Source of the DNA: a virus
Lineage: Duplodnaviria > Heunggongvirae > Uroviricota > Caudoviricetes
Length of the DNA: 29,488 bases
Reading direction: 5' to 3' (one strand)
Virus record (IMG/VR): IMGVR_UViG_3300028914_000001
Coordinates: 1-29,488 of that record
Shown here one piece after another: positions 8,393 through 17,013 of the stretch. A model generated the notes under the pieces. The model saw only the letters and a list, made by a program, of their open reading frames with translations. It was not told the origin of the DNA and made no database searches. Position 1 is the first letter of the stretch, and each line of letters opens with the position of its first letter. The translations under genes were made by a program, and so were the position numbers.

Positions 8393-8740
8393 ATGACTAA
8401 CAAGAAAACCACAAACAAGACCGCAAAAACTCCCACATACACATTGAAAAGAACTGATGTTGATTTCAAGTGGGATAGTTCCGAAGTCCATACCGTAGGA
8501 CGTTACCACAACATTAAGCTGGCTGAAAACGCCAAAGTCACGGACATGATTTCCTGCATTGAAGTGGGCTTCACGCTTACCGAAGAGCTGAAAGAGAAAA
8601 CCATCGCTGTGTTCTGTGGCAAGACAGAGCCGAAAGACAAGTTCATCGTCAATGGCTTTGTGGTCTGCAAAGACGAACTCTACTTGGACGACCCCAACAC
8701 GCTCGCCCCGGCATACTCTTGGACTATTGAAAAGGGTTAA
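8393..8740 (+). CDS. Hypothetical protein, 115 aa
   Basis: AAGGGG SD after promoter. Confidence 0.8.
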   Translation: MTNKKTTNKTAKTPTYTLKRTDVDFKWDSSEVHTVGRYHNIKLAENAKVTDMISCIEVGFTLTEELKEKTIAVFCGKTEPKDKFIVNGFVVCKDELYLDDPNTLAPAYSWTIEKG

Positions 8741-8766
8741 AACAAAAGATAACTTCCATGGTTATC

Positions 8767-8920
8767 GCCCCTCCCCTCGGAGGGGCTTTCTCGTGCTGAT
8801 AACTGGGTTTCAACTTAGGTTATCACCCTGCACTGGGGAACCTCCTGTTCCACCCCGGTGTCCGCCAGTATAAAAAATTTTTAATTGCCTATTGACAAAC
8901 TGAATTTAATTAACTATATT
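8767..8920 (+). repeat. Junction 13: terminator + site A + promoter
   Basis: Hairpin 8767-8786; site A 8809-8828 (CTTAGG); TTGACA 8892, TATATT 8915. Confidence 0.9.
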
Positions 8921-8956
8921 TATAATAGAAACAACAATAAAATAGGAGTAAAGCTT

Positions 8957-9238
8957 ATGGCTCTCAATGTAGATAAACTGAAAGAAAAAATTGAAGACAA
9001 GTATGGCGACCTTGACGATGAAATGGGTTGCTATATTAACCATAATTGGCTCTCTGTCAAAGATGTAGTGGATATGATTGACGACTGCGGCGATGATGCC
9101 GATGCCCTCAAAACCTGCCTTGAAGAGACCTATGGCGACTTGCAAGACGAAACGGGTTGCTCTGTTGGCGACATGAACGAATGGCTCTCTGTCAAGTCCA
9201 TTGTGAACCTCATTGACGATTGCACCGACGAAGACTAG
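8957..9238 (+). CDS. Very acidic protein with internal tandem duplication, 93 aa
   Basis: ATG 8957 after AGGAG; two YGDLxDExGC...WLSVKxxVxxIDDC units. Confidence 0.85.
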   Translation: MALNVDKLKEKIEDKYGDLDDEMGCYINHNWLSVKDVVDMIDDCGDDADALKTCLEETYGDLQDETGCSVGDMNEWLSVKSIVNLIDDCTDED

Positions 9239-9249
9239 GGGGTATAACT

Positions 9250-9543
9250 ATGAGTAACGAACCGAGATTAGAACCTGTTGAGTTCCTTAACAGCCTTAAA
9301 AAGAAAATTCTTACCAAACTTCCCTTTGCCGATTTGGGCGATGTAGAAGTGGTTGTGACAGTGGGCGTAAGCAATATGTGTAGCGGTGATAGCCTTAAAC
9401 TCCGGGTTCCAAAATATCATTGGTCTGATTGCATTGGTTATGACCAACTGACCGAACATTACGCAGAGCATTATGCTGACGCACTTTGCCGGGTATGGGT
9501 ATCCGAGAGTATCCCTGCCGAATATGCGAATTGCCTGAAATAA
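9250..9543 (+). CDS. Hypothetical protein, 97 aa
   Basis: ATG 9250 after TAGGGGG SD. Confidence 0.75.
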   Translation: MSNEPRLEPVEFLNSLKKKILTKLPFADLGDVEVVVTVGVSNMCSGDSLKLRVPKYHWSDCIGYDQLTEHYAEHYADALCRVWVSESIPAEYANCLK

Positions 9544-9550
9544 CAAAACC

Positions 9551-9701
9551 GCCCCTCGCAAGAGGGGTTTTAATTTTTTTTCTTTTTTGATATCAACATG
9601 GGTTATCACCCTGTCCCCGTGAACCTCCTGTCCCACCCCGGTGTCCACAGTGAAAAATTTTTTATTTATCTATTGACAAACTGAATTTAATTAGGTATAT
9701 T
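9551..9701 (+). repeat. Junction 14: terminator + site A + promoter
   Basis: GCAA-loop hairpin 9551-9568; site A 9592-9611 (ATCAA-CATGGG variant); TTGACA 9673, TATATT 9696. Confidence 0.9.
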
Positions 9702-9734
9702 TATAGTATAGAAACATTAAACGGAGAAAGCATT

Positions 9735-10544
9735 ATGTCAAATTGGGCTTATTCCTTGAACACTCTTACCGCAAAGACTGATGCGGCAAAGCAACAACTT
9801 CACGATTTCATCAAGAACCATCTTAAAAAGGCAGATACTCCTAATTATAGGGGTTGCACTATCGAGGTAGATAGCAAAAGCATTATTCCTATCCCTGATG
9901 GAATTGCAAAGCTTGAAAAGATGGGTAAGTTTATCCAAAACGATGATGGCTCTTTCACCGAAAACGCCAACTATGACAAGAAAGCAGAAGATGCACAGCG
10001 TAAGGCGAACATTGAGCAATACGGCTACGAGGATTGGTATGCCTTTTGCGTTGCCGAATGGGGTTCTAAATGGGGCTTGTGCAACACCATTTTCTACAAT
10101 GATTTTGACGAGGATATCACCACCCTTGAAGAAATCACTGAAACTCTTGATGAAAAGGGTTTCATCAAGTTCAAGTCTGCTACGGCTTGGTCTCCTGCCC
10201 TCGGACTCTTGCAGAAGATTTGCGAACTCTATCCCGACATTGAACTGCGTTGTGAATGGGGCGAGGAACAGGTTACTGAATACTATGGTATCCTCACTTA
10301 CAACAAGACCGATGGCGGACGAGAATACAGTCGCAAAGATATTGAAGTCGGCGAAGCCTACAATATGCTTGACCGCCTTGGGCTTGTAAACAAAGATGAT
10401 GACGATGGGTATTATCCCAATTATGAAAGCGGTCTGGTGGAATACGATAGCCACCGGGATAAGAACAGCGATGAATATATCCCGGCTTACGAAGAACCGA
10501 TTGCCCTCGGTTGCGACCCGAAAGAAATTTCCTGCGAAAACTAG
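9735..10544 (+). CDS. DUF1281/YubB ferredoxin-like domain protein, 269 aa
   Basis: MSNW start; DWY....WGSKW; F..AWSP motifs. Confidence 0.7.
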   Translation: MSNWAYSLNTLTAKTDAAKQQLHDFIKNHLKKADTPNYRGCTIEVDSKSIIPIPDGIAKLEKMGKFIQNDDGSFTENANYDKKAEDAQRKANIEQYGYEDWYAFCVAEWGSKWGLCNTIFYNDFDEDITTLEEITETLDEKGFIKFKSATAWSPALGLLQKICELYPDIELRCEWGEEQVTEYYGILTYNKTDGGREYSRKDIEVGEAYNMLDRLGLVNKDDDDGYYPNYESGLVEYDSHRDKNSDEYIPAYEEPIALGCDPKEISCEN

Positions 10545-10554
10545 GCAAACTCCT

Positions 10555-10702
10555 GCCCCTCGAAAGAGGGGTTTTAAATTTTTTAATATTTGGTTTCAAC
10601 ATGGGTTATCACCCTTTTTCTGGGAACCCCGGCGGAGGCGATAAGCTGTCGTCGAAGATTTTTTTATTATCTATTGACAAACTGAATTTAATTAACTATA
10701 TT
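10555..10702 (+). repeat. Junction 15: terminator + site A + promoter
   Basis: GAAA-loop hairpin 10555-10572; site A 10595-10614 (CATGGG); TTGACA 10674, TATATT 10697. Confidence 0.9.
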
Positions 10703-10731
10703 TATAATAGAAACAACAAAAGGAGTATCTT

Positions 10732-11076
10732 ATGGCTATGCAATATAAAGTGGTTGAACCCGATTGCGGAATTAAGGTTACGAAAGTAACTCTCGCTTCT
10801 GTATGCAACACACTCTACACAAAGGCTATGGTAACTGTTGAGTTGAACCATAGCCTTACTCTCCGTGACTTGCGTGTGATGGAGGGTCAGTATGGCTTGT
10901 TCGTGGCTTATCCCCTTGACAAGAACGACAAGTGCGAAGAACCCCGTTCACTCATTGTTCTGAACGATGAGTTGCGTGCCTACATTGAAGTGGTGGTGCT
11001 GAACCAATACGCAGAGATGAGTGAAGCCATTGAAGACGCAAACACGCCTGTATGGGTCAAAGAGTTGAGGGCATAG
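10732..11076 (+). CDS. spoVG: SpoVG-family nucleic-acid-binding protein, 114 aa
   Basis: KAMVTVELNHSLTLRDLRVMEGQYGLFVAYP matches the SpoVG signature (A..SV.L...FVV..L.VI.G..GLFV.MP). Confidence 0.7.
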   Translation: MAMQYKVVEPDCGIKVTKVTLASVCNTLYTKAMVTVELNHSLTLRDLRVMEGQYGLFVAYPLDKNDKCEEPRSLIVLNDELRAYIEVVVLNQYAEMSEAIEDANTPVWVKELRA

Positions 11077-11077
11077 T

Positions 11078-11209
11078 ATGAGTATCTTCCGTTGCGGTGT
11101 TTGCCACCACCATTTTCCGCTAGATATTTCCTGCCGAACGTGGACGAGGGGCTGGTGCCCTGAATGTCGTCGAGTTCGACGGATTTATTTCATCAGGAAA
11201 GACGACTAA
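11078..11209 (+). CDS. Zn-ribbon microprotein, 43 aa (below ORF-track cutoff)
   Basis: MSIFRCGVCHHH...WCPECRR..; GAGGG SD; fills the gap between spoVG and the terminator. Confidence 0.6.
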   Translation: MSIFRCGVCHHHFPLDISCRTWTRGWCPECRRVRRIYFIRKDD

Positions 11210-11213
11210 TAAT

Positions 11214-11390
11214 CCCCCCGAAAGGGGGTTTTTCTTGGTTTTCAGCCCAGTTTCAACTTAGGTTATCACCCTATCCTGACTGGAGTCGAGCGTCGGTCGT
11301 CAGGGATAATCCGTCGCCCTGGTGTAACGGAATGTTTACAAAAAATTTTTTATTATATTGCTTGACAAAATGAATTTAATTAGGTATATT
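11214..11390 (+). repeat. Junction 16: terminator + site A + site B + promoter
   Basis: GAAA-loop hairpin 11214-11229; site A 11252-11271 (CTTAGG); site B 11323-11340; TTGACA 11362, TATATT 11385. Confidence 0.9.
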
Positions 11391-11423
11391 ATAGTTAAAC
11401 AATAAAACAACGGGGTTTATACA

Positions 11424-11804
11424 ATGCGTAAGCAAAAGCCTATATACATTATGGATATTGATACAGGTCATGGAATGTGTCCTGTCGGTGTTGTTGAGGA
11501 GTCTCTTGCAAAAGATACCTGCAAGTGGAATAGTGGTTGGACTGTCTGTTTCACCCTTAATGGATGCGAATGCTTGTGCACCGAGGACACTGCATCTACC
11601 CTAGATGTTCCCGAATATGACTTTATGGACTTAGCCGTTTCCGTTGCGGGGCAAAGTGGGATGTTCCTGCGTTGCTATCCTGCCAAGTATGACGATGACG
11701 ACATAAAGTGCCTTACCGACTTGTTCTTCAAGACCAAGCGAAATGCTATAAGGTTCGTAAAGAAGATTGCGGAATACAGAAAAGAAAATTTAAAAAGGGG
11801 GTAA
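11424..11804 (+). CDS. Cys-rich hypothetical protein, 126 aa
   Basis: AACAACGGGG leader. Confidence 0.8.
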   Translation: MRKQKPIYIMDIDTGHGMCPVGVVEESLAKDTCKWNSGWTVCFTLNGCECLCTEDTASTLDVPEYDFMDLAVSVAGQSGMFLRCYPAKYDDDDIKCLTDLFFKTKRNAIRFVKKIAEYRKENLKRG

Positions 11805-11806
11805 AA

Positions 11807-12235
11807 ATGATTTTCAGAAAACCTAACATCCTTGCTATAAAGGCGTTAATCAACGAATGGCAAAAACACGTTGATGAAAAGTGCGATATTAAGACACTTG
11901 GCGTTTGCTTTGATGTCGGATATATGGCTATGGGATATAGCGGCGGGTTCGCAAAGCCTATCCGTTGCGGATTCACAATAAGTATAACCCCCTGCATGAA
12001 CTCATTGGACTACATCCATTATGATACCCGTTTTTCCCAGTCCAAAGACGGCATCGTTTGGAAAATCGTCCGTGAACATAAGGGCAAAAAGAAAGTTCTG
12101 CATCAGGACACAATCCGAGATGTAAGCATCCTTACAGACGAACCTTGCCCTAGCCTTGTAAAAGAACGTATGTTCAAGGTGGCTTTGGCATCAGTTGACC
12201 TCGCATTGGTTGAACAAAGGTTGATGCACTTGTAA
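11807..12235 (+). CDS. Hypothetical protein, 142 aa
   Basis: ATG 11807 after AGGGGG, coupled to the upstream stop. Confidence 0.75.
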   Translation: MIFRKPNILAIKALINEWQKHVDEKCDIKTLGVCFDVGYMAMGYSGGFAKPIRCGFTISITPCMNSLDYIHYDTRFSQSKDGIVWKIVREHKGKKKVLHQDTIRDVSILTDEPCPSLVKERMFKVALASVDLALVEQRLMHL

Positions 12236-12257
12236 AACCGGGGGTCTCCCTGCCCCC

Positions 12258-12449
12258 TGCCGTGAGGAAAATAGGCACTCACACAGCCTAGCCACAACAC
12301 ACTTTCCTCACGGCATTTTTTATTTTTATTTTTGATTTCCAACTTGGGTTATCACCCTTTCCCCTTCGCCAGCAGGAAGAAGCTGGGGATAAAATTTTTA
12401 AAATTAATTTGATTTACCTATTGACAAACCAAATCCAATTAGCTATATT
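12258..12449 (+). repeat. Junction 17: long-loop terminator + site A + promoter
   Basis: 13-bp stem 12258-12270/12303-12315; site A 12338-12357 (CTTGGG); TTGACA 12421, TATATT 12444. Confidence 0.9.
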
Positions 12450-12490
12450 TAATTATGTAATTAACAAGAACACAAACAAAGGAGAGCCTT

Positions 12491-13414
12491 ATGGCAGATA
12501 TCATTCAACTCCCTCGCCTCGCCTCTTGGACGGGCATCGGAAGCACAATCAACGAAAAGACGGTTGATACCGCACTCACAAAGGCAAAGCTCAACTACAC
12601 CGTTCAAAAGGAAACGCTCTGGCTCGCTGACAAGACCAAAGTAGATGATATGGTTGCTAACACCTATCTTGACGAAAAGGGTCACAAGCATATCCTCGGG
12701 GTCGTCGGTGAGAAGTATGAGATAGTGCAGAACCGTGACGGCTTCGCATTCGTGGACTACATCAGCGAAGGCTTGAAGTTCGTCAAGGGTGGCATGACCC
12801 ACACCGGGATGGTTTACCTCATCGCTGAACTCCCCTCTGTAGATATCCTCGGAGACCAGTTCAATCCGTATGTTATTTTCCGTAATTCTTTCAACGGAAA
12901 GTATCAGCTTTCGGCGGCAATTACTCCGCTCCGTGTTGTCTGTCAAAATCAATTTAATTTTGCTTTTAACCACGTTGCGAACACCATCAACATTCGTCAT
13001 TCCGCAAGGGTGGGCGAACGCATGGAAGATGCAAAGGAAGTCTTGCGTGGAGTTGCCATCTATATGGGCAAACTCAACGAGGTTGCACAGCAGTTCAGCA
13101 AAATCAAGCTTACACAGAATGACAAGGAACTTGCTATCAATATGCTGTTCCCCACACCTGACAACGCTGATGAATTGAAAAAGGTGGTCCTCGCCCATCA
13201 GAAGAAAGCATTCGCAGATATGCTCAACGCTGACGACAACCAGAACCATAAGAACAATGCTTGGGGTCTTGTCAACGCTTACACTGACTTCCTCACTCAC
13301 ACGAGCATTCGTAAGGGCCGTTATCAGGACTCGCAGTTCATGAACACCTGTTTCAAGCCGATGAACAATGTTCTCAACATCATTGACCACATCAAGGCCG
13401 TAAAGGTGGCATAA
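12491..13414 (+). CDS. DUF932 / TIGR03299-like phage-plasmid protein, 307 aa
   Basis: LGVVG..Y..VQN...FAF.D; NSFNG......ITP.RVVC.NQ; I.H; NAWGL.NA.T.. motifs. Confidence 0.85.
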   Translation: MADIIQLPRLASWTGIGSTINEKTVDTALTKAKLNYTVQKETLWLADKTKVDDMVANTYLDEKGHKHILGVVGEKYEIVQNRDGFAFVDYISEGLKFVKGGMTHTGMVYLIAELPSVDILGDQFNPYVIFRNSFNGKYQLSAAITPLRVVCQNQFNFAFNHVANTINIRHSARVGERMEDAKEVLRGVAIYMGKLNEVAQQFSKIKLTQNDKELAINMLFPTPDNADELKKVVLAHQKKAFADMLNADDNQNHKNNAWGLVNAYTDFLTHTSIRKGRYQDSQFMNTCFKPMNNVLNIIDHIKAVKVA

Positions 13415-13434
13415 TCCTGGGTTTAAACCTGGGT

Positions 13435-13603
13435 TGCCCCCCATTTGGGGGGCATTCTTTTTTCGTCGCCCTGATGTTCAACTTAGGTTATCACCCTTTC
13501 CCAGAGGCTGCCAGTTTTCGGCGATACGACGGTCTGCGTTAAAGAAAGTTTACACAAATAATTGGCTCCACCTATTGACTAAACGGATTTAATTAGCTAT
13601 ATT
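13435..13603 (+). repeat. Junction 18: terminator + site A + promoter
   Basis: Hairpin 13435-13454; site A 13477-13496 (CTTAGG); TTGACT 13575, TATATT 13598. Confidence 0.9.
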
Positions 13604-13635
13604 ATAATCATAGAAACAATTATAGGAGACAGCTT

Positions 13636-14085
13636 ATGTCAATGGGAAATTCAGCCTGCTTTGCAGAAGTAATCGAACCTAAAAACATCCGCCGTATTCT
13701 CGGCAACTTATCCGACGGCAGGAAACTGACCTCGTTCATCAGGTTGTTCAAGAAGTTGGAAGAAGACGAAGGGGCATCTTGCCTCATCGAGTTCCTGACC
13801 GATGGGAACGACAACGCCGTTAGCGACCCTGATGGAAAGGACTTTGTGAAGCTGCGTAGCTTGTGGACTGAAATCACAGGCAAGGTCAAAGAGAAGACTG
13901 GGCTTGACCTTGATGTTGACTTCCACGACTCTGCCAATGAGGGTGATAACTACGACGAAGTGGATGGGCTTTATTTTGAGTTCATCCACGCACAACTCTA
14001 TAAGCCGACACCTAAATTTGAAGCCCTCAAAAAGCTCTATGGCAAGGATGTTGTAAAGCGGTGCTTCTATACCGTGTTTGGTTAG
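13636..14085 (+). CDS. Hypothetical protein, 149 aa
   Basis: AGGAG SD; single-gene module. Confidence 0.8.
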   Translation: MSMGNSACFAEVIEPKNIRRILGNLSDGRKLTSFIRLFKKLEEDEGASCLIEFLTDGNDNAVSDPDGKDFVKLRSLWTEITGKVKEKTGLDLDVDFHDSANEGDNYDEVDGLYFEFIHAQLYKPTPKFEALKKLYGKDVVKRCFYTVFG

Positions 14086-14104
14086 CATCTTGGTTGGTTG
14101 GAGT

Positions 14105-14280
14105 AGCCCCCGCCCGCAAGGGTGGGGGTTTTATCATGGTTCGACCCGAGTTTCAACATGGGTTATCACCCCTTGACTGGAAACCTCCTGTCCCATTCCT
14201 GCTCCGCCCGATGGGTAACGAAAACTTTACGAAAAATTTTTTCTTTTTCTATTGACTAATTGGATTTAATTAGGTATATT
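14105..14280 (+). repeat. Junction 19: terminator + site A + site B + promoter
   Basis: GCAA-loop hairpin 14105-14130; site A 14152-14171 (CATGGG); near-site B 14214-14231; TTGACT 14252, TATATT 14275. Confidence 0.9.
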
Positions 14281-14308
14281 TATACTAGAAACAACAACGG
14301 AGTAAATT

Positions 14309-14707
14309 ATGACAAAAGAAATCATCACCCTAGCAGACCTTAAAGAGGACATTGAGTTTCTCAATCGTGAGAAGTGCGGTTGTTGCCATCACCTTATCAA
14401 CACAACAGATGGTGGTCGCAAACTGTGTATCGTTGTGGGCTGGCTTGACGGATTCGACGAAGCACCCGACGGAACGCCCAACGCTGACAAGACGTGGCGT
14501 ATCTGTGGCAAGATAGCCTATCAGCCACCAAACTCCGCCATGCAATGCGACTTCGACATTGACTGGCTGTTCCCCTACTTTGAGAACGGAGAGGCTGACG
14601 CAACCGACATTGAGGTTAGCGGAGTTCAGTCCGACGTTGATTATCTTAACAAAGAAGCAAATCGTGTGTGGAATGAGTGGAAAGACACGCTCGATACCCT
14701 AGCATAA
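14309..14707 (+). CDS. Hypothetical protein, 132 aa
   Basis: AACAACGGAG leader; KIAYQ..NS.MQCD..IDW pattern. Confidence 0.8.
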   Translation: MTKEIITLADLKEDIEFLNREKCGCCHHLINTTDGGRKLCIVVGWLDGFDEAPDGTPNADKTWRICGKIAYQPPNSAMQCDFDIDWLFPYFENGEADATDIEVSGVQSDVDYLNKEANRVWNEWKDTLDTLA

Positions 14708-14720
14708 AGGAGATGATAAA

Positions 14721-15035
14721 ATGGCTACCGACATTACCCTGACCGAAGAAGAAATTACCGTCATAAGCTCAAAGCTGAAAGACTTGGCTGATTACCTTAA
14801 AGCTCATACAATCAATCTGTTGTGTACCCCTGATGGGAAACTTTTGGGGTTCAACCACCGTGAGCGTGTTCCCCTTATTGACAATGAGGATGAACCCGAG
14901 GGGGTTTCTGTGGAACAACACGCCGAAGAAATCAATGAGGATGATATGACTTTCTTTGACGAGCTTAACGAATGTGTAAGACCCTACAACAATAAAACTG
15001 AATTTGTCGAGCTTGTGGATTATACCGAAAAGTAA
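14721..15035 (+). CDS. Acidic hypothetical protein, 104 aa
   Basis: AAGGAG SD. Confidence 0.8.
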   Translation: MATDITLTEEEITVISSKLKDLADYLKAHTINLLCTPDGKLLGFNHRERVPLIDNEDEPEGVSVEQHAEEINEDDMTFFDELNECVRPYNNKTEFVELVDYTEK

Positions 15036-15039
15036 AAAC

Positions 15040-15200
15040 AGGGGGGTTAAACCCCCTTTTAATTTATTTTATTTTATTTTTCAACTTGGGTTATCACCCT
15101 TACGCCTTCACCCGGCAGTCCCATCAGACGACGAGGTTTACATTTTGTTTACACAAAATTTGATATAACCCATTGACAAATAGATTTAATTAACTATATT
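15040..15200 (+). repeat. Junction 20: terminator + site A + promoter
   Basis: Hairpin 15040-15057; site A 15080-15099 (CTTGGG); TTGACA 15173, TATATT 15195 (16-bp spacer). Confidence 0.9.
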
Positions 15201-15234
15201 TATAATATCGACACAACTATAAGGAGATTGGCTT

Positions 15235-15969
15235 ATGCCTAATTGGGTAAACAACGATTTGAGAATTACCTCGGAAAATCCTGAACGCATTAAGGCTATC
15301 CGTGCAAAGCTGTTCACGGTTTACCACGGCAAGGATTATGTTGGCTGTGATGGCAGGGAATACCTGTCCTATGCCGTTCTTATCCCAGTAGACCTCAATG
15401 ACCCGAACTACCGAGTCAAGCCTGAGAACGCCAACATCACTGCGATTGACAAGCGTGATGACGGCACTATCTTCGACTGGTATCACTACAACCTCGACAA
15501 GTGGGGCTGCAAGTGGGATGTCTCGCCAGAGGAGTGCCAGATAACGGAAGACACAGACCGCAACATCTGCGTGTCCTTTACTTCCCCTTGGGATTGCCCT
15601 TGTGAATGGTATCACAAACTTTGTGAGGAATTTCCCGATGTTTCCATTGAACTTGTCGCTATGGACGAGGCGATGGACTATTATTGGGAAAATGGCAAGT
15701 TGGGTAAGATTTCCGAGCAGTTCGATGAAGAGGAAGTGAAGCGTGCCGAAGTCAAGCGTGTGTTTGACGAAAACAACCTTTCCCTTGACGATTACAATAT
15801 TAAAAAAATTATTGAAAATTACGAGGATGGGTATTTTGAATATTTAGATATGTTCGACCCTGACACTTGGGAATTTACTATCGACGACGAAGAGGAATTT
15901 TTGGATTTGTGCAAGCAATACAAAAAGAAGAAACCTCGCAAGAAAAAAGCGAAAAAGCAGGAAGTTTAA
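15235..15969 (+). CDS. DUF1281/YubB ferredoxin-like domain protein, 244 aa
   Basis: MPNWVNN.L.I; DWY......WGCKWD; F.SPW..P motifs; basic C-terminal tail. Confidence 0.75.
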   Translation: MPNWVNNDLRITSENPERIKAIRAKLFTVYHGKDYVGCDGREYLSYAVLIPVDLNDPNYRVKPENANITAIDKRDDGTIFDWYHYNLDKWGCKWDVSPEECQITEDTDRNICVSFTSPWDCPCEWYHKLCEEFPDVSIELVAMDEAMDYYWENGKLGKISEQFDEEEVKRAEVKRVFDENNLSLDDYNIKKIIENYEDGYFEYLDMFDPDTWEFTIDDEEEFLDLCKQYKKKKPRKKKAKKQEV

Positions 15970-15974
15970 TCCTC

Positions 15975-16139
15975 GCCCCGAAAGGGGCATTTTTTATTTT
16001 TCTTTTTGGGTTTCAACATGGGTTATCACCCTAGCCTCGACTCCAGCTGTCCAACTCGGTTTCCGCCAAAGTCTGTATCTAATTCTTTACACAAAATTGT
16101 TGGAAACCTATTGACAAAACCAATTTAATTAGGTATATT
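15975..16139 (+). repeat. Junction 21: terminator + site A + site B + promoter
   Basis: GAAA-loop hairpin 15975-15988; site A 16012-16031 (CATGGG); near-site B 16074-16091; TTGACA 16111, TATATT 16134. Confidence 0.9.
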
Positions 16140-16164
16140 TATATCAGAAACAAAGGAGTTTAAA

Positions 16165-16503
16165 ATGGCAAGAAAACCGCAAGTCTATGTAGTCGTGAAG
16201 AGTTGGAAAGACCGCCACGGAGATGAGGGCGTTTATACAGAGGTGTTCGGCAAAAGGAAGTCTGCCAACGAGCATCTCACAGATGACATTAAAACCTACT
16301 TAGAAATTCACGATGGCATTACGGATGATGGGGCGATGAACACAGAGTCGCTTACGAGCTTCGAGGCATGGGATATCAACAGCGAGGAATGCACCCTTGC
16401 CGAGTTCCAGAAGGCAGCCGCTAAGGCTGGTCATGCCGAAGTCAATGTTGATGGCGATGGCACTTACGCAACTTGGTCTGTCTCAAAGCAGACCGTTCAT
16501 TAA
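16165..16503 (+). CDS. Hypothetical protein, 112 aa
   Basis: AGAAACAAAGGAG leader. Confidence 0.8.
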   Translation: MARKPQVYVVVKSWKDRHGDEGVYTEVFGKRKSANEHLTDDIKTYLEIHDGITDDGAMNTESLTSFEAWDINSEECTLAEFQKAAAKAGHAEVNVDGDGTYATWSVSKQTVH

Positions 16504-16512
16504 GGGGGTTAT

Positions 16513-16791
16513 ATGGATATTTGTGTTCTTACCATTAACACAATAGAAGATTGCGATGATGCCTATGTTCAGGTAGGTAAATGCGGAACTTTGAAAGAGT
16601 GCAAAGATGCGGCTCGTTCCAAGTGGAATGCTCTCGCAAAAGATTATGACATTGGGGAGTTCGACGAAAAGGAAAATTACAACTGGGAAGCTCGCATCGA
16701 AGATGCAGAGGATGTTCCTAACAAAACAATCAAATTAGAAATCCATCGTTCGAGGGTTAAAGTTCGAGGATTAAAAAGTCCTGCGAAATAA
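16513..16791 (+). CDS. Hypothetical protein, 92 aa
   Basis: TAAGGGGG SD. Confidence 0.8.
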   Translation: MDICVLTINTIEDCDDAYVQVGKCGTLKECKDAARSKWNALAKDYDIGEFDEKENYNWEARIEDAEDVPNKTIKLEIHRSRVKVRGLKSPAK

Positions 16792-16807
16792 TAGGTTAGT
16801 TTAGCCC

Positions 16808-16978
16808 GCCCCCGAAAGGGGGTTTTCCTTTGCCTCGAACCGGGTTTCAACTTAGGTTATCACCCCTCACCCTTCTGCCCGCAGGCGGAGGCTGGTTGGT
16901 ATCGAGGGGGTTGTATCAAAAAGTTTACAATTATTTTTGCCCTGACCTATTGACAAAAGAGATTTAATTAGGTATATT
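16808..16978 (+). repeat. Junction 22: terminator + site A + site B + promoter
   Basis: GAAA-loop hairpin 16808-16823; site A 16846-16865 (CTTAGG); near-site B 16912-16929; TTGACA 16950, TATATT 16973. Confidence 0.9.
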
Positions 16979-17013
16979 ATAGTTAAGTAAAACCCTTAAC
17001 AACGGAGACATTT

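Noticed and set aside
7420-11076. Host assignment from the lipoprotein signal and SpoVG (e.g. Fibrobacter or Firmicutes)
   Set aside because: SpoVG and this lipobox style occur in several phyla, so the sequence alone is insufficient.
12461-13444. 327-aa minus-strand ORF and the other minus-strand ORFs in the track
   Set aside because: They are antisense shadows of well-supported + genes (here DUF932). Every promoter, SD and terminator points to the + strand.
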